A stretch of DNA of 64,000 nucleotides from Eledone cirrhosa (GCA_964016885.1 OZ024741.1:137392001-137456000); one strand, 5' to 3'. Shown: positions 14,367-30,362, counted from the first letter of the stretch. Program-made: numbers and translations. The notes: generated from the letters alone by a model not told the origin.

Positions 14367-14405
<39 letters not shown>

Positions 14406-15157
14406 CAATGTCTATACAAATCCCCCGGCCACTTCATAGTCATGCTGTTAAACGATTCTTGTTTACAGTCCTGCTGCTGTGAATCTATCTGACATTTACA
14501 CACTCAGATCACACGCACATTACAACAATGATAATGCCAGGTGTCAGCTTAAAATCTATTATAACACACCAACATGACATAAATACACAGCAGCAATGGT
14601 GGCTGTTTATCGTTTCACATTGTAACACAGCTTTTCTTCAATGCTATAGTGACATACATTATGTCCAGGAGAAAGTGTACTCAAGTGCACACCTAGTGCA
14701 TTTCGGTTACAGGGTACAACATTAAATATTTCGTCCTGTGAAGTGTTTCAACAACCAAGAGAAATAACTACAGCAATCGATTTACACGGTGTATTGAACA
14801 TTAGTTTCAAACGAGGCGGACTGACCCTTAAGTTTCATATATGGTGGTGGCATGTGTATTAAATGTAATTCCATAAGCATGATTAGTAGGAAAGAGAAAA
14901 CATTAAAACAAGGTTTATTATGGAATCTCACCAGAACACAACGCATTAAAGCTTTAGATAAAAAAAAATTGTTTGTAATGTGTCCTGATTCTATGATATA
15001 AAGCCATTCGTTTTAAACTGTTCATTATTTAGATTTAAACCTTCCATCATAATTGTATGTAAGAGCGTTTGTTAAATTATGCTGAAACCACCAGATTAAT
15101 TATGACAAAGTTAGTTATTTTACTAAATCCTTACCAATTCTTCAATATCTTCAAAGT

Positions 15158-15366
15158 CATTGTGTAGATAGACATTGTGTAGATAGACATTGTGTAGATA
15201 GACATTGTGTAGATAGACATTGTGTAGATAGACATTGTGTAGATAGACATTGTGTAGATAGACATTGTGTAGATAGACATTGTGTAGATAGACATTGTGT
15301 AGATAGACATTGTGTAGATAGACATTGTGTAGATAGACATTGTGTAGATAGACATTGTGTAGATAG
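15158..15366. repeat. 15-bp minisatellite (CATTGTGTAGATAGA) x ~14
   Basis: Perfect tandem copies. Confidence 0.95.
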
Positions 15367-16995
15367 GCATCATGAATTAGATAGTTAAGACAGAGTTGAG
15401 AGAGGTAGACAAAACAAATTAATCTATTCATCTAATTTGGTTAGATGGAAGCTGTGTGGAAATCTCTTACATGGATTCTACGTGTAATTCAATGAACCAG
15501 CCTTATATCCTGACTCAGCTTGGAAATTATGTTAAGTCTGGTACACGTGTTTGTAGAATATTCAACCTCGTACACATTAATTTCCGAATTGGACGTCCAG
15601 TAGATCGAATAATTGATTGTTCATCATCGAAACCGATGGAGGATCCATCATCACTTTACTTCCACGTTCTCTGCACTATAAAAATAACATATTTTTACTC
15701 AAACCTATGATATTTCTTTCATAACATTCTGCTCATGCTTACTTTATTGATCCGTCAGAATCTAATAAAACGAAGTTGAAACCTTTTAAATAATTTTGGT
15801 TTGTGTTACCAAAATTATTCCTAAACAAAACTAAATATGAAATCTTTTAATTAAATTTGATTTGAAATTAAAAAAATTATCCTTAAAGAAAACTTGATAT
15901 GAAATCGTTTTAATGACATTAGTTTGTACCTGGAAACTCGTTTTTAAGATTAAATACGAAATCCTCCGTTATCAACTTTAAAATTATACCCCCCCCCCCA
16001 AAAAAAAACACACACATAAACAAAGCGGTTGACTTAAGAAACTGGAAAAAATATAAATTTGAAATGTGTGTCGCAATGCAAATTACCATAATGATAGTTG
16101 ATGTCCATAAATAATAGTTGGGAAAATCGTGTAAAATACCCCGGAGTCGAAAAAAAGTGGAAAGCAGCAACCACTGTTCACTTAGTTGAATCTTTAAGAG
16201 TACTTTTCATTATTATGGTCGTTTGTGTTGCGATGCACTGATTTCAAATTTCATAATTAAATGAAGTGAAATATTGATTCTACTGCAGTATAATGGCTCA
16301 TCTAATTAATTCTAGTCATTAGTTATATTCACTCAGCGACTTCGAGGCAACGTTTTAAGTCTGTATTTGAAGTATATAGTTAAAAGGGAAGCAAAATATC
16401 ACTACACGGAACTAGATGAAACGAAGACAAATAACTTTCTCAGACTGCAGTCACCCCTGTGTAAACATGTATTTCCTGACGACACGAAGTTTTAAACCGG
16501 GATTTAAAAAAACTAAAGATCAAGCATATAAATACTTTCATATATTGAACTGTTTATTTAACCCGCTCTAATTCAACGGATAAATTTAAAGAATGTAACG
16601 TTTCTTTAATTCTATTCAAATCAACTTTAAGACAGCTTTTTTGTCGATCTCTGATCTATAGGCGACATTTTGTTCTACGTTTATGTAAACAACTAGAGAA
16701 AGAAATAGTTAACATGCGATCAAAGGAACTTTGTCTAATGCACATTAATGGCTTTCAGATTCTGGTTTGCATGGAAAGTTATCCTTAAATTGAAAAGCTA
16801 ACTAAGAATATTTAACCCATGAAATATCAGTAAAAGCCATTGTCTTTAATCTTTAAAATGTTAATTCTTTGCTTCATATATTCTTGACCATGTATTCTAA
16901 CATCAGTATTCTATACTATTTTATAAATTAAATATATATTTTAGAAAACTTCATCACAACTAACAAACACACACACGCATGAAAGAGACATTTAG

Positions 16996-17039
<44 letters not shown>

Positions 17040-17447
17040 CACATTGCTGAATTCTACTAATATAGGCTTTCTGATGAAGCGTGATAAATAATTAAGTATT
17101 GCATATGATTGAACAATATATATTGTAGTCAGCTTCTAATCTCCTTCACGCTGACTTTTATATTTTTCTTGGTGCAATACTTGCTTATATATATATATAT
17201 GTAGTTAAACATACGATGATAGCTACTAATTCAATTCATATATATACTGTGTATATGAATTGAATTAGTAGCTATCGTTGTATGTTTAACTATAGAAAAA
17301 ATATAAAAAGGCAAATAAACCTCCCGAACGGAATATATATTGAACATTAGCAAGCGTATGCGTGTAAATAACCGGTGTAGAAATTGGACTAAAGAAATCT
17401 GAAACATTTTTGATATTATTATAAAACGCTGCAACATTCAAAGTAAT

Positions 17448-17633
17448 TGTTTCTACTTTAGGCACAAGGCCAGCAATTACCCAGTGCATTACTGGTACTT
17501 TATTTCATCGACCCCGTAAGGATGAAAGGCAAAGTCAACCTCGGCGGGATTTGAACTCAGATCGTAAAGGGACGTAACTCTATGCTTCAAAGCATGGCGT
17601 CCGACCCTCTACCGATACTGCCAATCCACCGTC
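17448..17633 (-). mobile_element. S1 SINE with 16-bp TSD
   Basis: TSD CAACATTCAAAGTAAT at 17432-17447 and 17634-17649. Confidence 0.9.
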
Positions 17634-17878
17634 CAACATTCAAAGTAATGACTAACGATAATCGAAAAAGCTTTAGAGACGGAAAAAAGGTGGACACTTT
17701 CCATAATTATATTGAAGTATATTCATTTTGAATATATATAATATTCTGATCTGAGTTTACTTGGAGAACATACCATAATTTACATTATCAACAAAAGTAC
17801 TTTTGTAAAACTTCCGAAATTATACATACACACATACATACATATATGTAAATATAGATATAAATATATACAAATATG

Positions 17879-17968
<90 letters not shown>

Positions 17969-19350
17969 CGTGAAGCTATTAAGACTTTGCTTTTGCATCT
18001 CTGTTCTTGTCTTGTCTATTCTATGTGTGTGTGTGTGTGTGCGTATGTGTGCGCGTGTATGTGTGAGCGTGTGTGTATTACGAAGGAATATAATAAATTA
18101 TTCAGCCGGAAAATCACCATTTTCAAAAGAAATGTTTACAATGTTCTGAATTATGAAAAATATCTCATTTAAATTAAATTATATCAACAGAAGCTCTTAT
18201 AAATTTAATAGAAATTTATATCACTATTAAAAGATAACTTCATTTTATTTTATATAATATGAATAATTACATGCTAATAGATGATGGTATAGAAATAAAA
18301 TTGGGCTAGCTGCGATAAGGACATTGAATAAGGAATTATTTCTCCTCCCTTTGTTCGAAAAATATATAAGAGCCAATATAAAAAATAAAATAGAAATGTA
18401 GCAAGTTTTATGTACTTAAATGACTACAACGTTTCGTTTGGTACTAAGATTATATTAAAATAAACTTATATGTTAAAGTGTAATGCATCCAAGTGTGTGT
18501 GTGTGAGTATTTTCGTTTGGTGCAGGGAACCCTGCTCCAAACCCCGCTGCCTTTCATTCGGCTCTATCGGACCCAACGACCGCTCCTTTATTGTATAGAT
18601 AACTTGCATTGTATCAGCTTTCTCAAAATAATTATAACTACATATTTCACAGTGCTCATATTTGAAAAAGGGGTCTGGGCTCGAAATATGAAATATCATG
18701 AACAATTTTGAACTGTTGTATTCGTTTTTTCCTACTATTGACTTTGTAGCGGCTTTCGCAAACCAATAATGAACACATAAATAATGATAAAAATACGATT
18801 CAATTTTAGTTCATAATACTTTTCTATTACCCGATTCTTACAAGATTGGAGACTAGACTACCGCAATTGAAAGAATCGACAACCTGTTAAAGTAATATGA
18901 TTAATAAAGTAAGAGGTGGAGTTTAAGATCAAAGCTAGGTTTATATTTGAGATATATGTTAGAGAATACTATTCGATAACAAACAAAATGCACTATTAGT
19001 AAAAGCCAGTGCAATAGATACATTTTACCACAGTTATCTATATATTTTTATATGGTCTTTTACTTATACTTTTCTAACAATGAAGAAAAATTACATTTCC
19101 CAAAATAGCCAAATTCTATTTGTATTCTGGCATCTATTAACATGAAATTATTAATATCATATAAAATAAAATGAATTCATTTTTAATAATATAATAAATT
19201 TCTATTGTATTTACACACTCCACTGTTGATCTAATTTAATTTAAACATAGCTTTTTCATAACACAATACTTTGCAGACATCTGCTTTTAAAAATGCTTAT
19301 CTTCCAATATCCTGCGCATATTATTATTGTTAATATATATATATATATAT

Positions 19351-19497
19351 AATTGTTTCTACTTTTGGCACAAGGCCAGGAATTATCCCAGTGTATTACT
19401 GGTACTTTATTTTATGTCCCCCGTAAGGATGAAAGGCAAAGTTAACCTCGGTGGGATTTGAACTCTTTGCTGTAAAGCATGGCCTCCGGTACTCTAC
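19351..19497 (-). mobile_element. S1 SINE, internally deleted
   Basis: Reverse complement of the S1 tail and central domain. Confidence 0.75.
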
Positions 19498-19514
19498 AGA
19501 CAGACAGACAGACA

Positions 19515-19593
<79 letters not shown>

Positions 19594-19610
19594 CTCTATA
19601 TATATATATA

Positions 19611-19720
19611 TAATGAATGAATGAAGATTAACACGGATAAGCTATACAGTAGGGTTTATTCCAATATTGGAATAAACCCTACTGTATAGTTTATCCGTTT
19701 ATTCTTCATTCTTTCATTAT
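19611..19720. repeat. Spacerless palindrome (~50-bp arms) next to (TA)n
   Basis: CTATACAGTAGGGTTTATTCCAAT|ATTGGAATAAACCCTACTGTATAG with imperfect outer arms. Confidence 0.9.
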
Positions 19721-20156
19721 TAATACTCCAGGAATTGCTTACCTCAGAACTGTCCGAAATCGGTCATCCGAACGATACAACTAAGTAAACATCTTGTTGA
19801 GTCAAACAACGACGCACGTTAAAATCCTCCACGGTACAGATTACTCGTAACCTCTATTTGGATTACCTTAAACGATACCCCGTTTACTTCAACACTATAT
19901 ATATATATATATATATACGCCTCACACCCTTTCACCACTTGTTTCATTTTAATTTTTTTACCCCCCCCCCCATTTTAATGTCTTTCCACCACTCCCCCTC
20001 ACACCCTCGGAACTCTTTTCCTTCCCACTTTTCTCCCGATGAAGGGCTTATGCCAGAAACATCGTCCCACATGCAAGACTCTCAAGCGTGAACCTAATAC
20101 TAACACTTTGTACTGCACTCTTCGTTATTGGTTTTGTTTTCGGTTTTAACTATAAT

Positions 20157-20201
<45 letters not shown>

Positions 20202-20496
20202 CACAAATATATATATATATATATAGGAAAATGTATGACCCCGACGGCAGAGCTCAACACCCTTTTACTGTAAAATTAAACAAGAACATTTCCAAAGATG
20301 ACTTTGAATTAACTTCGTAATAATACGTTTTGGGACTTTCTTTATTACTAACAAAGTCATTTTTAGAGTTCAAGTTTTAGGGATTTATTTTTCATATACT
20401 GTGTTAATTATTAAAATAATCTATACAAAAATTATATATTGAACTTGCCTACAAACGCACACACAGAACGATATATATATATAGAGAGAGAAATAG

Positions 20497-20644
<148 letters not shown>

Positions 20645-20741
20645 ATCATCAATTCAATCTTAGATATATTCTTATTTTAGTGTTATTCCAAATCTCGCCG
20701 AGGTCAAATTGGCCTTTCATTTTTTCAAGGGTTGAAATAAT

Positions 20742-20860
20742 TGTTTCTACTTTTTGGCAGAAGGCCAGCAAATACCCAGTACATTACTGGTACTTTATTT
20801 TATCGACCCCGTAAGGATGAAAGGCAAAGTAAACCTCGGCGGGATTTGAACTCAGACCAT
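20742..20860 (-). mobile_element. 5'-truncated S1 SINE with 15-bp TSD, inside an older opposite-strand S1 relic
   Basis: TSD AAGGGTTGAAATAAT at 20727-20741 and 20861-20875. Confidence 0.85.
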
Positions 20861-20939
20861 AAGGGTTGAAATAATGCGCCAACTTCACCATTCGGTTATC
20901 AGAAGAAGGGAGGTAGGTTTAAAGACCAAACTCTCTATC

Positions 20940-21345
20940 TTTAATTCAGTGTTTTTGCCTACCCTTACTATGGTCATGAATCTTGGGGAATGATTGAAAG
21001 AATACAATTGTAAATGCAAGTAGCCGAAATGGGGTTCCTCCGAAGGGTCTTTGGAATAACGTTATACAGAGATGGGGGTGTCATTCTTTATAGAGCCGCT
21101 ACTTCCCCAAATTGAGAGATCACAGCTCTAGTACAGATATGTCAGTATGTATAAGGAAAGAATCGTTGGACAGGAGACCTAGAGGTAGCAAGTAAGATGG
21201 TTAGATACCCTCCACAAACGCGGTTGATCTCACTTAGGGATATATCCAGATCATTTGGAGATGGTTGATTTTGATAACGTCCTCTGGAAAGTGTATATGA
21301 GGACTCTGTCCCCTACGACCTTTTCAGTAAAAGTGAACAAAGAAG
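20940..21345 (+). mobile_element. RTE-clade LINE 3' fragment, degenerate
   Basis: Translated patches YGHESW, MQVAEMGFLRRVFGIT, EPLLPQIERSQL, RPRG and RWLD, typical of the RTE C-terminus. Confidence 0.7.
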
Positions 21346-22005
21346 TAGATATAGTAAAGTATCACTTAAGTACATGGTCGATATAGTCGTGTTATCCATC
21401 GACCAAATTAGCTGCTATTGGTAATCGTGAATATTCCCTACCACTTTTATTACATAAAGAATACTATTCTGACATTTTCTATTTAATTACGTAGTTTTAA
21501 ATTAGTTTTGTTCATGTGATTTAAAAGAAAATATGACGACTTTGCCATAAAATTCTTCACCGAAAAACATTCATCCGTAAAAATAACACAATATACAATA
21601 TGGATGTCCAACGAGGTTTTAACAAAATGGCTTCCTGTACAATTTGCCAAACAGTAAATCTGAAACAGAACATACATCCAACCCCACCCCCCAAAAAGAG
21701 ATAAAAAAAGAACGTGACGAATAAACCGTAAAGAAGGCGTAAAGAAACAAATAAAACTTGACATATAGGATGTATAACCTTAAGGATTTCACAAAAAAAA
21801 GCAAAGCAAAAAAACCAAGAAAATTTGATTAATAGAACATTTCCTAATAATGATTTCTAAAGTAGGCAGTAGGCCAGTAGTATGGAGGAAGGGGAAATTC
21901 GATTATATGCGGCAGAGTACATGATTGGTACTTAATTTTATCGACACTGGAAGGATGAACGGCAATATATATATAGTGTAGGTAAAACGGTGAAATACTT
22001 CCTCG

Positions 22006-22050
<45 letters not shown>

Positions 22051-22060
22051 TTTATAAAAT

Positions 22061-23092
22061 ATTAGCAGAGGTACCCGGCGTTGCTCGGGTATTAAATAGC
22101 AGTTATGTATACCATTTATGTCAATACTTCAGTGCTGCTTCGAAAACTATACTTTTATAAAATCATCGGCTTTTTCCAAAAGAGGGTTCTTGCCCCCAGG
22201 GGTCCCCTACTCAATATGTGCCAATTCTGAGAGTTCACATTGATCTGTAGAACAAACGTAGCCATGTGTCAAGTTTTGTGAAAATCGGTTGCGAACTCCA
22301 GAAGTTATGTTGCATTGTACTGCAGTGTTTCAGTCGAGTCCAAGGAAGTGGTTAAAGGGGTTATCTGCCGGGAGGCCCTATAATCAATATCTGGAAAAAT
22401 GAAAGTGTCCATGACCATCCGGAGTACATAAGTAACCTATGTCTTAAGTTTGGTGAAAATACTGTAGAAATGCATAAGGTTTACACACACACGCGCGCGC
22501 ACGTGTGTGTGTGTATGTATTTGTGTGTGGGTATGTATATGTATGTGTATGTTCGTCGGCGCATACGTATGTACTGGCCTAAATCTTCACTATTTACTTT
22601 TACTATGTTAAGGCAAAGTTAAAATCCCGTCCAGGTTAACTTTGCCTTTCATCCTTACGGGGTCGATAAAATAAAGTACCAGTAATGTACTGGATTATTG
22701 CTGGTCTTGTGCTAAAAATAGAAACAACTATTTTAATAACCTGTCATTTTATTTACATCATTCTTAAACTCCGGGGCTGGAAATCATTCGGTTATTTTAA
22801 ATAGAATATTAGTCAAACGACTCCATTTACCCCATAAACTTGGTCTCGTCTTTGCATGAAATTGTTCTCCACCGCGTCGTTTATACGTAACATAAATAGA
22901 TAAGCATATGACGCCATAAAAGGCAAATAACTCGTCTCTCATCTCTTTTTTTGACCAATGTCTCCGCCGGACCTTCATCTTTAAGTGTAGCAATTTCACC
23001 GAAATTTGAACGTACGGTTTAAGAGGAGATGTGAGCCGACGGTTTTAGTAGAGAGACAGACAGACAGACAACCTCAGTTTTATATATATAGA
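22061..23092 (-). mobile_element. Non-autonomous Helitron-like element(s) with S1 SINE fragment at ~22620-22730
   Basis: Minus strand starts TCTATATATATAAAAC, contains (CTGT)n, and ends with a CCCGAGC-AAC-GCCGGG hairpin ~11 nt before CTAAT (CTAG-like). Confidence 0.5.
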
Positions 23093-23140
23093 CTAGCAGA
23101 AAACCACCCCCGGGTGGTTTTCTGCTAGTCTATATATATA

Positions 23141-23531
23141 TTACACACACAGAAATGTATATATATTTCTGTTTGTGTATATATGTATATATATATATAT
23201 TACACACACAGAAATGTATATATATTTCTGTGTGTATATATATATATATTACACACACAGAAATGTATATATATTTCTGTGTGTATATATATATATATAT
23301 ATTTCTGTGTGTGTATATATATATTACACACACAGAAATGTATATATATTTCTGTGTGTATATATATATATATATTTCTGTGTGTGTATATATATATATA
23401 TTACACACACAGAAATGTATATATATTTCTGTGTGCATATATATATATTACACACACAGAAATGTATATATATTTCTGTGTGTGTATATATATATATATA
23501 TTACACACACAGAAATGTATATATATTTCTT
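23141..23531. repeat. Minisatellite of a self-complementary unit ACACACAGAAATGTATATATATTTCTGTGTGT with (TA)n spacers, 7 units
   Basis: ACACACACAGAAATG at ~23143, 23202, 23251, 23325, 23403, 23450, 23503. Confidence 0.9.
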
Positions 23532-23650
23532 AGAACAAAATTATTATTAATGTTTTGTTGTTCATAACAATTGGAATTGAAAAATTACTTTTGAAATTAT
23601 TAGTTATTTTACTAATGCTTAGATATGTAAAAATGAAGCAATGTTTCTAA

Positions 23651-23845
23651 TAATTGTTTCTACTTTTGGCACAAGGCCAGCAATTACCCAGTACATTACT
23701 GGTACGGTACTTTATTTTATCGACCCCGTGAGGATGAAAGGCAAAGTTAACCTCGGCGGTATTTGAACTCAGACCGTAAAGGGACGTAACTCCATGCTAT
23801 GAAGCATGGTGTCCGACTCTCTAAAGATTCTGCCAATCCACCGCC
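23651..23845 (-). mobile_element. S1 SINE, full length
   Basis: Reverse complement of the S1 consensus. Confidence 0.85.
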
Positions 23846-24390
23846 CTAATGTCTGTACGTAATGAGGGAGTTAGAGGGGAGAGAAAGAAAGGCAGAGGTG
23901 AAGTGACGAAGTGACGAAGTGACACTCTCCTGCTCCTCCTCCTCCATCTCCCCATTCGTCACAGCGATAGAGGGGAGGAATGTTAGTGTGTTACAAAGAG
24001 AAAGAGTGAGAGTGAGAGAAACAGACAGATTAAAAGAGAGGGATAGCTGGAGAGAGAGAGAGAGAGATAGCAACCACGCGCGCACGTGTTTCCACTGTCG
24101 GACAGACAGACAGAGAAATGGTTATATATTATAAGGAGATGTATTTGGTATATATACACAATATACTGTGTATCTTGTACAATATATAGCTCTTTCCCTC
24201 TCAATATAAACATATATGTTTCTTTGATTATTATGGTTCTAAGTCTATTGAGCTTACTTATTGAGAAACACAAAATTCTAAACATGTTTCATATGTCTTG
24301 ATTCATTATATATATATCAAATAAAGTCGATAAAATAAAGTACCAGTAATGCACTGGGATAATTGCTGGCCTTGTGCCAAAAGTAGAAAC

Positions 24391-24453
<63 letters not shown>

Positions 24454-24697
24454 CATACACACAAACATATACATACATATATACAGACACATATATACAT
24501 ATACACATACATACAAGTATATATATGTATATGTGTATATGTATGTATACATGTACATATATATGTGTGTGAGTCCTGTACCTTTGTGCTTCGACAAACG
24601 AGTACCAGACTTGAACAAAGATGTGCCGGTTAAAGTAATGCCCCAGTATACCCGTGGTATACTGACTGATATAAAGCAGCCCCTTCTCTGTCTGTCA

Positions 24698-24782
<85 letters not shown>

Positions 24783-24786
<4 letters not shown>

Positions 24787-24895
24787 ATGTATAATAAACA
24801 ATACAATATAATTACCTCATTACCAGAGGTTTCCCGAATAAGACGAATACGAAAAACGTCCTCATTCGTTCGTCGGACAAGGCAATTGCCTTGTC

Positions 24896-24963
<68 letters not shown>

Positions 24964-25088
24964 CACACACAGAAATGAGGTAATTATATTGTATTGTTTA
25001 TTATACATTAAATTTTGCTCTGGTACTTACATAGAGCACTCTTCACTCCTATGACTTTTTCAATTTCCAACGGAAACTTCAATACTTA
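24783..25088. mobile_element. Fold-back PLE-like relic related to 4421-6474, with HHR-like motif at 24815-24876 (-)
   Basis: Minus strand CCGACGA-A-CGAATGAGGACG..CGTCTTATTCG-G-GAA-ACCTCTGGT-A-ATGAGG; arms 24785-24821 / 24974-25010; 26-bp palindrome at 24873-24898. Confidence 0.65.
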
Positions 25089-25319
25089 TATATATATATA
25101 TATATATATCGTTTCTGAATTTGTTTAGCAAGATTCTTTATCTGAAAACGTGTGTTGAAACCGATATTGTTATACTTTGGGAGGGTCATGTTGCCAATAA
25201 GAAACACACGCACCAGTTGCTTTCACTCCAATTTATTATTAATTAAATTTATAAATTTAAGAATTTATAAATTTCCGATTGGTTGGTTGGTTCCACAACC
25301 GGACGGTTGTTCATATATT

Positions 25320-25362
25320 GTCAAAGTTCTTTCGTCACACATTCTGTGACCTCTTCAGTGAC
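25320..25362 (-). ncRNA. Minimal type I hammerhead ribozyme
   Basis: Stem I GTCA/TGAC; CTGAAGA; stem II GTCACA/TGTGAC; GAA; stem III AG-AA-CT; triplet CUU. Copy with a mutated core at 26280-26322 (+). Confidence 0.75.
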
Positions 25363-25623
25363 TGGGGATTCTTCTCTTTGTTTTGTGCCTCTCCTTTGTT
25401 CTGACCTACGCCATATTGTTTTTGTGTGTGTTGTGTGTTTCGTTTGCGCATGTGTTACATCCGGGTGTCTATGTGTGTTTTTATTTGTTTATTTATTTGT
25501 TTATTTACATGTTACTGGTTGGTTGTTTGTTCTACGTGTGTGTGTTTTCATTTTGTCCTTAATTGTAAGTTGTGTTGTTGCTATTCCATTCATGTTTTCT
25601 ATTTAATTTTAGTTGGAGTTCAT

Positions 25624-26170
25624 TTATGTTTGTCTAAACATTGCGTCTTTTCTGTGTGTAGATTTTATTTTTATTTCTATGTTCTTTAATTTGCCCTTAT
25701 GTTCTACTTTAGCATGTTGGTGGAGTACTGATGATTCTTTTCTATCTTGAAGCTCTCGCCAGTGTTCATTTATCCGATCTCCTATACTACGAGCTGTCTC
25801 ACCTATGTATACTATATTCTTATCTTTACATTGTCCTTCAGTACATCTTATGCTATATACTATGTTTCTAGTTTTACAGTTAATATGGGGGATTAGTTTA
25901 CAGATTATGCCTTTCTTATCTATACAGGGAGGTCTTTGAAAAGGGTATGTATTACTAATAAATGTTTTTATGGAGGTACCTGGTCTTTCTACTATCTTAA
26001 TATTTAGTTTATCTAGGGCCCTTCTAAATTTGTAAGCTAATTCACCTCTAGGTGTTGTATTGATGAACATTACCCTCTGGCATTTTTTGCTATCATACCA
26101 TGAGTTTATTCTATTAACCTTATTCCTAGTTCTTTCTATTCTATTCCAAAATGTGCTCCTATACAAGGGA
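25624..26170 (-). pseudogene. PLE linker + GIY-YIG endonuclease fragment
   Basis: CKTRNIVYSIRC...VYIGETARSIGDRINEH...SVLHQHAKVEH. Confidence 0.85.
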
Positions 26171-26323
26171 TGTAGACCCGGATGTAACACATGCGCAAAC
26201 GAAACACACAACACACACAACAACAAGATGGCGTAGGACAGAACAAAGGGGAGGCACAAAATAAAGAGAAGAATCCCTAGTTACGGAAGAAGTCACAGAA
26301 TGTGTGACGAAAGAACTTTGACA

Positions 26324-26722
<399 letters not shown>

Positions 26723-26780
26723 CTTATATATATATATATATAATATACATATATATGAATTATATATATATATATATATA

Positions 26781-27881
<1,101 letters not shown>

Positions 27882-28024
27882 CTTAAAATACTGGAGCGTG
27901 TTGGAGTTAAACACCCTCTTCGTATTATAGAAATGACAGTAAAAGGTCTAGCTCAATGTAATTAAACAGAGCCGAAGAATTATGAAAGTAAAACAAAGAA
28001 GCCTTCAATACATCAAAAGTCTTT

Positions 28025-28072
28025 ATTAGCCAACAATGTTTCGTCCTATTAAGGACTCATCAGGGCAATTAA
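28025..28072 (-). ncRNA. Type I hammerhead ribozyme (inverted copy)
   Basis: Reverse complement of 30315-30362. Confidence 0.8.
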
Positions 28073-28131
28073 AACAACAAGAAGTATTATCGGCCAATAC
28101 AAGCCGGAAACTCCGAAGAATATGGAGTGTA

Positions 28132-28510
28132 GAGTGAGTGCTAACTGCCCTTTAAACGGTAACTGCCTCTCTAAGAACATTGTCTATGCTTGCGTAGTTA
28201 TAACTAATTCCTCTAATAGAACTTATATAGGCTCTACATCTAACACTTTTAAGACTAGGTTTAATTCTCATATCTCTAATTTCAAACATGTTAAGTTTAA
28301 GAATTCTACTTCTTTAGCACATTATATCTGGATCTTAATATACCATATAGCCTTAACTGGCGTTTAGTAGCACGCTCTAATAACCTTTCTACACATACTA
28401 AATTTTGTAATCACTGTATCCTCGAGACACACTCTATAATTTTCTCTAGCGAATCCTTACTTAATAGAAAGTCTGAGATATTCTCTTCTTGCCCCCACGC
28501 TATTTCTAAT
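28132..28510 (+). pseudogene. PLE GIY-YIG endonuclease fragment, frameshifted
   Basis: NCPLNGNCLSKNIVY...TYIGSTSNTFKTRFNSH...STSLAHYIW; downstream LNRKSEIFSSCPH. Confidence 0.85.
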
Positions 28511-30314
28511 TCTTACTTTTATTATAAACCTAAAGGTTCTAGTAGTACAAATTGTATCCATTAGCTGATATATTCCATTACTTATTTTTTAGTTTAGGTT
28601 CTTTTTGTTTACCACCATTATTATCATTGGTTTTTGACAACTCTTTATTCTAGCTCTCATAATCTGGCTACTATACCATATCTATCTTCTTACGCATAAA
28701 ATTTTCACTATTAACACCTTATGAGTATATATCTGATTATATATTTTACATTATTTTATTTTATTTCATTTTATTTTATTTTATTTTATTTTATTTTATT
28801 TTATTTTATTTTATTTTATTTTATTTTTATTTTTATTTGGATTCTTCTTTGGATAACCCCCCCCCCCCAACTCCCCCCCCATGCGCACATAAACTTATTG
28901 TCAACCCCTCCAAATAGATTATGATTATATTTAACGCTCCTTTTACGCTCCTTTCTATTATTTAATATAGTATATTGACTATGATTTTATGCCCCTTTGT
29001 ATCCTCCATATATTTCTTTATTTCTGTCCCTATTAGCCTACCATAATTCTGCTTAAGTCAGTTTTTTAGATATCGTTATGTATATGATAGTAGAAAATTT
29101 CATTCCTTTTTGTAAATATTTGTAATGAAATATTAACGTTTATAAACTTTGATTACTTAAACTATAGCTAATATTGTATTGCCTTATTGGATTGTTTAAA
29201 TATTTTTAATATTAATTTATCAAATAGGGTTTTCGAGTCATTTACCGGGGTTATTTCCTAAGTTTTTACTTAACTGCATGTGAGACCTAAATGTATACTT
29301 TTGTTTTTGTTTTTTAATTTCCGGTTGATTCTATTTATTTATTTTATTTTATATTTTATTTGTAATACTACTGTGCATTATATTTAATGTCTGGCCCTTA
29401 CTCACTCATCCACATACATGTCTGTTTACCAACCTTGTAATAAGTAATTATATATTATATTATGTTAATTATTTTATATTATATTGTATTTGTTATTGTA
29501 ATATCGATCCTTATTACTTACCGTTGATTATATGTAACATTGTGATATGTTAAAATATATATCATGTAAGATGTTTATATTTTTGTACCATCATAATTTT
29601 GGGTATTGTACAATTTATTTTTCCTCACCTACTCTGTAACTCTATATGAATTGATTTGTTAACTTGAATGCCATTATATATTGTATATTATATATGTTAT
29701 TATATTATTATTATAGTATTATTGTGACATCTATATTGTTTGTGTAAATTAACCGGAGATTATCTATTCTATTATATTATATTATATAGTATATAATTGT
29801 ATAGTTTATTATATATTATATGTGCTACTTATAATAATATCATATTATTACCTCATGTATATTGGGTATATGTATTATTATTATTATTATTATTTTTATT
29901 CCTATCATGCTTATTTATATTTAAACTCTTAATAAGGTTTAATTTGTGCTGTTGAAGATGGTTATGTGTATTGATGTATGCGTATGTGTGCGTACGTGTG
30001 CGTACATATATACATATGTATATTGTACCTTTTGATTTTTATTGTAATTTTAATATTGGTAAAGGTATATTATATTATATTGTATTATATATAATTCCTG
30101 CTCTATATAACCACCTTTGTTTAGCTCTAGGTTTTTTTTTTGCTTTGGACTATATTTGTAATATGGTTCTAAATGTTATACACTTCCTTAGTGATTTTTA
30201 TTATATATTTTTATTATATATTTTTACCCATAATCTTGCAATACTTTACTGTATGTACACTCCATATTCTTCGGAGTTTCCGGCTTGTATTGGCCGATAA
30301 TACTTCTTGTTGTT

Positions 30315-30362
30315 TTAATTGCCCTGATGAGTCCTTAATAGGACGAAACATTGTTGGCTAAT
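30315..30362 (+). ncRNA. Type I hammerhead ribozyme
   Basis: Stem I (ATT)GCC/GGC(TAAT); CTGATGA; stem II GTCCT-TAAT-AGGAC; GAA; stem III ACA-T-TGT; GUU. Confidence 0.85.

Larger units (their letters stand above)
8583..14367 (+). mobile_element. Decayed chimeric Tx1/L1-type LINE inserted in (TATC)n
   Basis: Colinear with 57873-63718; (CTAT)n at 8565-8582 and 14368-14405; AATAAA at 14356; internal junctions at ~11001, ~11199, ~11821. Confidence 0.9.

Noticed and set aside
14500-15700. Unique, Cys-containing stretches that might be host exons (also ~33800-34080 and ~40890-41470)
   Set aside because: Frames contain stops, there is no recognisable domain and no consistent splice structure; would need BLASTX or RNA-seq
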